A DNA stretch of 32,000 nucleotides from a cyanobacterium endosymbiont of Epithemia turgida isolate EtSB Lake Yunoko (GTDB lineage Bacteria > Cyanobacteriota > Cyanobacteriia > Cyanobacteriales > Microcystaceae), in contig NZ_AP012549.1 in the NCBI RefSeq assembly GCF_000829235.1, forward strand, positions 1,170,001 through 1,202,000, in the 5' to 3' direction. How positions within the stretch are numbered: position 1 is the stretch's first letter; each line of letters begins with the position of its first letter. The notes beneath the pieces are model-generated. The model worked only from the letters and a program-made list of their open reading frames with translations. It ran no database searches and was not told the origin of the DNA. Below are positions 27,218 to 32,000 of the stretch, in pieces. Both the position numbers and the translations under genes were made by a program.

Positions 27218-28105
27218 ATGATTAATTCCCTAAAAGTCGGCTTAGTCCAGCACAGCAACACAGAAGATTTAGATATTAACCTAGAAAAAAGTAGTCAGGG
27301 AATTCTGCAAGCAGCTGCAAAAAATGCTCAATTGATTATTTTGCAAGAACTCCACAGAAGCCTTTATTTCTGTCAAACAGAAGATTTTTCTTCGTTTAAC
27401 TTAGCAGAAACTATTCCTGGTCATTCTACCCAAATTTTAGGGCAACTAGCACAAGAATTAGGGGTAGTAATAGTTGCTTCTTTATTTGAAAAACGAGCAA
27501 CCGGTTTGTATCATAATACAGCAGTTGTTTTAGATAAAGATGGTAAAATTGCAGGAAAATATCGGAAAATGCATATCCCTAATGACCCTGGTTTTTGCGA
27601 AAAATTCTATTTCACCCCTGGAGACTTAGGATTTGAACCAATTAACACCTCTGTAGGACTCTTGGGAGTCATGGTTTGTTGGGATCAATGGTTTCCCGAG
27701 GCAGCACGGTTGATGGCCATGAAAGGAGCGCAAATACTAATCTATCCAACGGCGATAGGTTGGGACTCTAGAGATAGCCAAAACGAGCAAATCAAACAAA
27801 AAGAGGCTTGGATTATTGCACAACGCGCCCATGCTATCTCTAATGGTATTCCTGTCATTAGTTGTAACCGTGTGGGATATGAAGCTAATACCAGTGGTAA
27901 AACTGAAGGAATTCTTTTTTGGGGTAATTCCTTTATTGCGGGTTCTCAAGGCGAAATTTTAGCACATGCAAGTGAAGATAAAGAAGAAGTAGTTACAGCT
28001 ACAATTGATTTACAATACTCGGAAACTGTACGCTGCATTTGGCCATATTTACGTGATCGCCGCATCGACCATTATCAGGATTTACTTAAAATTTATAGAG
28101 ATTAA
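27218..28105 (+). CDS. aguB: N-carbamoylputrescine amidase (nitrilase superfamily)
   Basis: LKVGLVQ, ILQELH (catalytic Glu), YRKMHIPNDPGFCEKFYFTPGD (catalytic Lys), GVMVCWDQWFPEAAR (catalytic Cys), ILIYPTAIGW. Confidence 0.9.
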   Translation: MINSLKVGLVQHSNTEDLDINLEKSSQGILQAAAKNAQLIILQELHRSLYFCQTEDFSSFNLAETIPGHSTQILGQLAQELGVVIVASLFEKRATGLYHNTAVVLDKDGKIAGKYRKMHIPNDPGFCEKFYFTPGDLGFEPINTSVGLLGVMVCWDQWFPEAARLMAMKGAQILIYPTAIGWDSRDSQNEQIKQKEAWIIAQRAHAISNGIPVISCNRVGYEANTSGKTEGILFWGNSFIAGSQGEILAHASEDKEEVVTATIDLQYSETVRCIWPYLRDRRIDHYQDLLKIYRD

Positions 28106-28188
28106 TCATTTTTATTTTAGCTATAAACCTTTTATTTTCTTCGTGTTTATGTGTCTAGAGTGTTAAGTCTCAAACTCTTATTTTTATT

Positions 28189-28437
28189 TTATTTGATTAC
28201 ATTAGTTTCTCGCCGTTTTTGAATGTAAGTTATTAAACAACCACTCATGTAACGTCCGTAGTTATCGAGGTTATTTTGTTGTATTTTGCATTCAAGAGAC
28301 ATGAAAGTTTTCACTAATGCGGAATTCCTCAACATTACTGTTGCAGCGAGAAAAATGTAGTTACAGAAGACAGTAGTAGTTTTGTTTACTTTAGGGGTAG
28401 TGAAAACTATTTTAGTTACTCCTCCTTTTATTTTCAT
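28189..28437 (-). pseudogene. Orphan 82-aa ORF, possibly a heavily degraded IS200/IS605-family tnpA relic
   Basis: This is an island of higher G+C inside a 2.4-kb AT desert. KIVFTTPKVNK faintly recalls the YHxVWxxKYR N-terminal motif. NYIFLAAT..SALVKTF....KIQQNNLDNYGRYMSG...TYIQKRRE faintly recalls DHVHLLVS..S.LV..LKG.SSRKLQQEFP.LKKRYWG....YI..Q. The HUH motif is not intact. This is a speculative call. Confidence 0.2.
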
Positions 28438-30327
28438 GCTTTTACCATAGGAGGTACTTTAGAATGGTGTCATACTAAATATGATTTCTATACTCTCCCG
28501 GAAAAATATAGGAAATTTAACTCATTATTATTGGTTAAATATATAATTTTTTATTGTGTTTCTTGCAAAATATTCATTAACTTAAAACTCATACAGTAAC
28601 GTCCATTATCTTTCTAGGAACTGTAATCATGAAGAGTAAATTAGGAAATACTCTCTAAAAATCCCTGAAATAATCTTTCTCTTTTTACTATAGCGCCATC
28701 TGGCATTATCTTTTGGGAAAAAATATAGATATCTTTATGTTTTTAGTTAAATATTCACCAACTGAATTCAGTTATTTTATATTCACTTTTATAATCTTGT
28801 TCCATAAAAGTTCTCCTGTTAATAGGGTTACAAATTTATAATTATATGACTATTTATAGCAGACAGTTTTGTCTGGAACTTCAACTCTTTTTTCTTATAT
28901 ATTTATCAAAACCTACATATCTGTTTTAGCTTCTAGATATATTTCTTTCAGTTTATTAAATTCCGAGAGTATTTTGTAAATAAATCTTTTTTGTTTAAGG
29001 TATTTTATTTCTATTTTTTAGCCTTAAAAACTAAAAAAGCATCTAATTTTTCCAGTAATAAATATCATCTTTATGTATTATTAATTCATGATCTTTTAAA
29101 ATTCTTTTTTCGAAAAAATATTTTAAATACTTTATTTATAAACCACTTTTTTTAAAAAAATATAATATTCTTAATTATATAAATAAAATATTTATTTTTA
29201 AACACTTCTTTTTTTTTAAAAGTAGACTTAAATACTTGGCTAAATAAAATTTATAAACCTGTTATCAGTTTTATAAAAACCCTTGCAAAAGTTGCGCATT
29301 AACTTTATTAAAAGTCTCAATTATAAACTTTTTTTAACTTTTACCTTGCTGCTCTAAAAAGTATATGGGTTTTAAAAATGCGTTTCTGTTACTGGAATTT
29401 AAAAGTTAAGTGTACGGTGTTTCTTTAATCTAGTGACACTTAATCTTGGTAGCTGTATATTACAATTACCTATAATATTAACTATATCAAGTGGTTTATC
29501 CAAGAATTGTCATCAGTGTATTAGTAAACAAAATCGTTTTTTTAACTAAAATATATATTTTGTGAGGGAAGCTATATATAAAATAAAGTAAATACAGTGG
29601 CTACCTTTACCCAAGAAAATATTCATTTAGTAACTTTTAAAAAATTGTGATTAATATTTTTTAAGAGCTAAATAACAAGTACTTAGTCTTGATTAAGCTA
29701 GAAAATTAAGTATATTTAACATATAGTAATATTTTTATATATAACAATTTTATTATAACTCCAATAAACTTAATAACGATAGTTTTTATAAACTACACAA
29801 TAATAAGATTTATACTTTTGTATATATGGGACACGTAAGAAAAAATAAAATTTTGCAACTTATACCGGTTGAATCTTATTTAACTAAATAAATTACTATC
29901 CAATATCCTAAATCCTATTACATAACCTTCATTCCTCATAAAATATATGAACTCGTTCCTTAAATTCTTGAATAATATTTATCTACTATTTCTAATTCTG
30001 ACGGATTAATTACCCCTATTTATATAGGTTATTTTAAAGGTTTTTATTCACTTGGGCATTAATATCTAATATTTTTTAATCATCAGCTTTTTATTCAAAA
30101 TTTATTTAATAAAAAGTATTAAATTTTATTAAAAATAATAATTAATTAATATTAGTAGTAATAACAGTTTTTATGGCAGCTACAAAAAATAAAATAGTAA
30201 TCAAAATAATTGTTAATAGATACTCAAATAAACCCCAAAAACGTTAATATTTTTTACTTAATTTTACCCTAAAAAATTTTTTAAAAAATAAAAACATACA
30301 GAATAATCTCTTAGAGAAATCATCGTA

Positions 30328-30368
30328 TTTTTCTGACAAACTAAACAAAGTTTGTCAGAAAAAATTTT
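30328..30368. repeat. Orphan terminator-like hairpin (14-bp perfect stem, 8-nt loop) flanked by A- and T-runs
   Basis: tttttctgacaaac-taaacaaa-gtttgtcagaaaaa followed by ttttg. There is no gene within 2 kb upstream on the plus strand. Confidence 0.5.
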
Positions 30369-30508
30369 GTAATAATTAATTAATATATACGATTATTTAT
30401 AGTTAGCTTAATTGATTTTAAGTTAGACAACTCTATTTATATTATTTTCTCAGAACTCATAATTGCTCCAATTGAATCATATTTCTCTTCAAATTCCTAC
30501 AACATCAC

Positions 30509-30545
30509 CAAATAAATAGATAATTAATAATTATCTATTTATTTG
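30509..30545. promoter_or_regulatory. Perfect 37-bp palindrome ending 8 nt upstream of the ldcA start codon
   Basis: caaataaatagataatta-a-taattatctatttatttg, 18 pairs checked around centre 30527. It covers the position where an RBS would sit. Confidence 0.6.
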
Positions 30546-30553
30546 ATGATGTC

Positions 30554-31447
30554 ATGAAACTCCCTTCTCTTTTAAAATCAGGAGACTTAGTACAAGTTAT
30601 CACTCCCAGTGGTCGGCTAAAAGAATTTTCTGCATTTGAAAAAGGACTAGAAATCTGGCGATCACGGGGCTATCAAATTCAATTGGCAAGTCACTGGAAC
30701 ACCAGCGAAGGATACTTAGCTGGAACCGATACTCAACGACGACAAGCATTATTAGAAGCTTGGGAAAACCCCCAATGTAAAGCCATTGTCTGCGCTAGGG
30801 GAGGCTATGGAAGTGCCAGATTGCTAGAAGACTGGCAATGGAACTCTGTTTCGGCTTCATCACCAAAATGGATGATTGGTTTTTCTGATATCACGGGATT
30901 ATTGTGGAGTTTAGCAAAAGAAGAGATTGCTAGTCTTCATGCTCCCGTTTTAACTACCTTGGGAGCTGAACCTCACTGGTCAGTTCAACGGTTATTTAAT
31001 TACCTTGAAAAAGGACTGTTACCTTCTCTCCAAGGTTTAGGATGGGGAGGTGGGAAAACGACAGGAACCCTACTTCCAGCGAATTTATCCGTCGCTACTC
31101 ACTTACTAGGAACTCCCTTACAACCATCTCTAGATGGGGTCATATTAGCCCTAGAAGAAGTGGGAGAAGCCCCATACCGTGTAGACCGTTTTGTGACTCA
31201 ATGGCGGTTAATGGGAGCATTTAAAGGGATTAAAGGGATTGCTTTGGGACGATTTAGTCAATGTAACTTACCGCAATCTAGCTCAAGCTGGACAGTAGAT
31301 AAAGTACTACGTGATCGTCTTGGAGATCTCAACATTCCCATTGTATCAAATCTTCCTTTCGGCCATGATGGAGAAAATGCCGCTTTACCTGTAGGAACTC
31401 AAGTCAGTTTAGATGGAAATCTTGGCGTTCTTAGTTTCATCAACTAA
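30554..31447 (+). CDS. ldcA: LD-carboxypeptidase (muramoyltetrapeptide carboxypeptidase, peptidase S66)
   Basis: LKSGDLVQVITPSG, YLAGTDTQRRQALLEAWENPQCKAIVCARGGYGSARLL, GFSDITGLL (nucleophile Ser), EEVGEAPYRVDR, FGH near the C-terminus. Confidence 0.88.
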   Translation: MKLPSLLKSGDLVQVITPSGRLKEFSAFEKGLEIWRSRGYQIQLASHWNTSEGYLAGTDTQRRQALLEAWENPQCKAIVCARGGYGSARLLEDWQWNSVSASSPKWMIGFSDITGLLWSLAKEEIASLHAPVLTTLGAEPHWSVQRLFNYLEKGLLPSLQGLGWGGGKTTGTLLPANLSVATHLLGTPLQPSLDGVILALEEVGEAPYRVDRFVTQWRLMGAFKGIKGIALGRFSQCNLPQSSSSWTVDKVLRDRLGDLNIPIVSNLPFGHDGENAALPVGTQVSLDGNLGVLSFIN

Positions 31448-31624
31448 GATTAATCTGAAGTACGGTGTTGGGATAACAGATTCAATGCTAATGATTTCTT
31501 AAGGAGAAAACTCCTCTCTGTGTTTTCCGTACAAATATGAATAAAATAGCATTTGAATTGATGTAAGTTACAGTCAAAGTTTTAATTGTTAATTAGCTTG
31601 ACCATTGAGATAACAATCAGATTA

Positions 31625-32000
31625 ATGATGAATTTCCACCTTGTCTCAATTCGGGGAACTAAAATCCAGTATATTGAGGCAGGTAAATATAAGAAATTAA
31701 CCATTTTATCCTTACATATAATTAGTTTTCAGGCAATCAATTTCAAGTTATTTTTCTTAAGTTACCTAACTATGGCAATATTATTCTGTGGTTGTTTCCC
31801 TGTCTATGAGTGGAAGTTATAGTCTAGCAATAGTTGTTAACTATGAATAAAATTAGGAAAATTTGTGGTTGTTGATCCTGTTAGAATTTCTAAGTTTAAA
31901 GTACAATTAACTGTAGTTAAATTACCAATATTAGCAATTTTTGGAAGTGACAATCGAAGTATTCCCGTTAGTTAAGCAGAATAGTTGCTTAAATCTATGC
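31625..32000 (+). pseudogene. Alpha/beta-hydrolase-fold pseudogene (internally deleted; runs to the window edge)
   Basis: The N-terminus MMNFHLVSIRGTKIQYIEAGKYKKLTILSLH resembles the start of epoxide-hydrolase/haloalkane-dehalogenase-like proteins, but the HGFP oxyanion motif is replaced (LHIISF). After ~200 nt of junk, a C-terminal-like piece follows (KLPILAIFGSDNRSIPVS*). The nucleophile-elbow region is missing. Confidence 0.45.

Overview
This is a 32-kb window from an AT-rich cyanobacterial genome. Cyanobacterial markers are a cyAbrB regulator, a group-2 sigma factor, an HU protein, one intact HIP1 octamer plus decayed copies, and a tRNA gene split by a group I intron. The region looks like a genome in reductive decay. 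By my coordinates, 19 intact CDS cover about 15.4 kb (~48%). About 4 kb is recognisable pseudogene: an ABC1 kinase, the cobalamin genes cbiB, cobD and cobO, and an alpha/beta hydrolase. The rest is ORF-free, extremely AT-rich spacer in blocks up to 2.4 kb. Intact genes are manC-like (partial), a Tat-signal metallophosphoesterase, a J-domain membrane protein, cyAbrB, an Rrf2 regulator, HU, a secreted hypothetical protein, a group-2 sigma factor, a DUF218 protein, gltX, a compact 6-gene minus-strand sugar operon (Fcl-like SDR, gmhA, gmhB, an unassigned 389-aa ORF, two GT4 glycosyltransferases), aguA, aguB and ldcA. Items most worth follow-up: (1) a tRNA-Arg(CCU) gene interrupted after the anticodon by a 261-nt IC3-type group I intron; (2) decay of three cobalamin genes clustered around an intact hup gene; (3) a perfect inverted repeat inside the cobD pseudogene that looks like a template-switch mutation; (4) the retained heptose-type sugar operon, which lacks a kinase and nucleotidyltransferase and contains an unassigned ORF; (5) a ~500-bp G-rich ORF-free stretch upstream of gltX; (6) long perfect AT-rich palindromes, one abutting the ldcA start codon. 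I found no CRISPR array, rRNA, intact mobile element or recognisable defence system. I cannot honestly claim a convincing new multi-gene system. All homology calls come from motif recognition by eye, not database searches.
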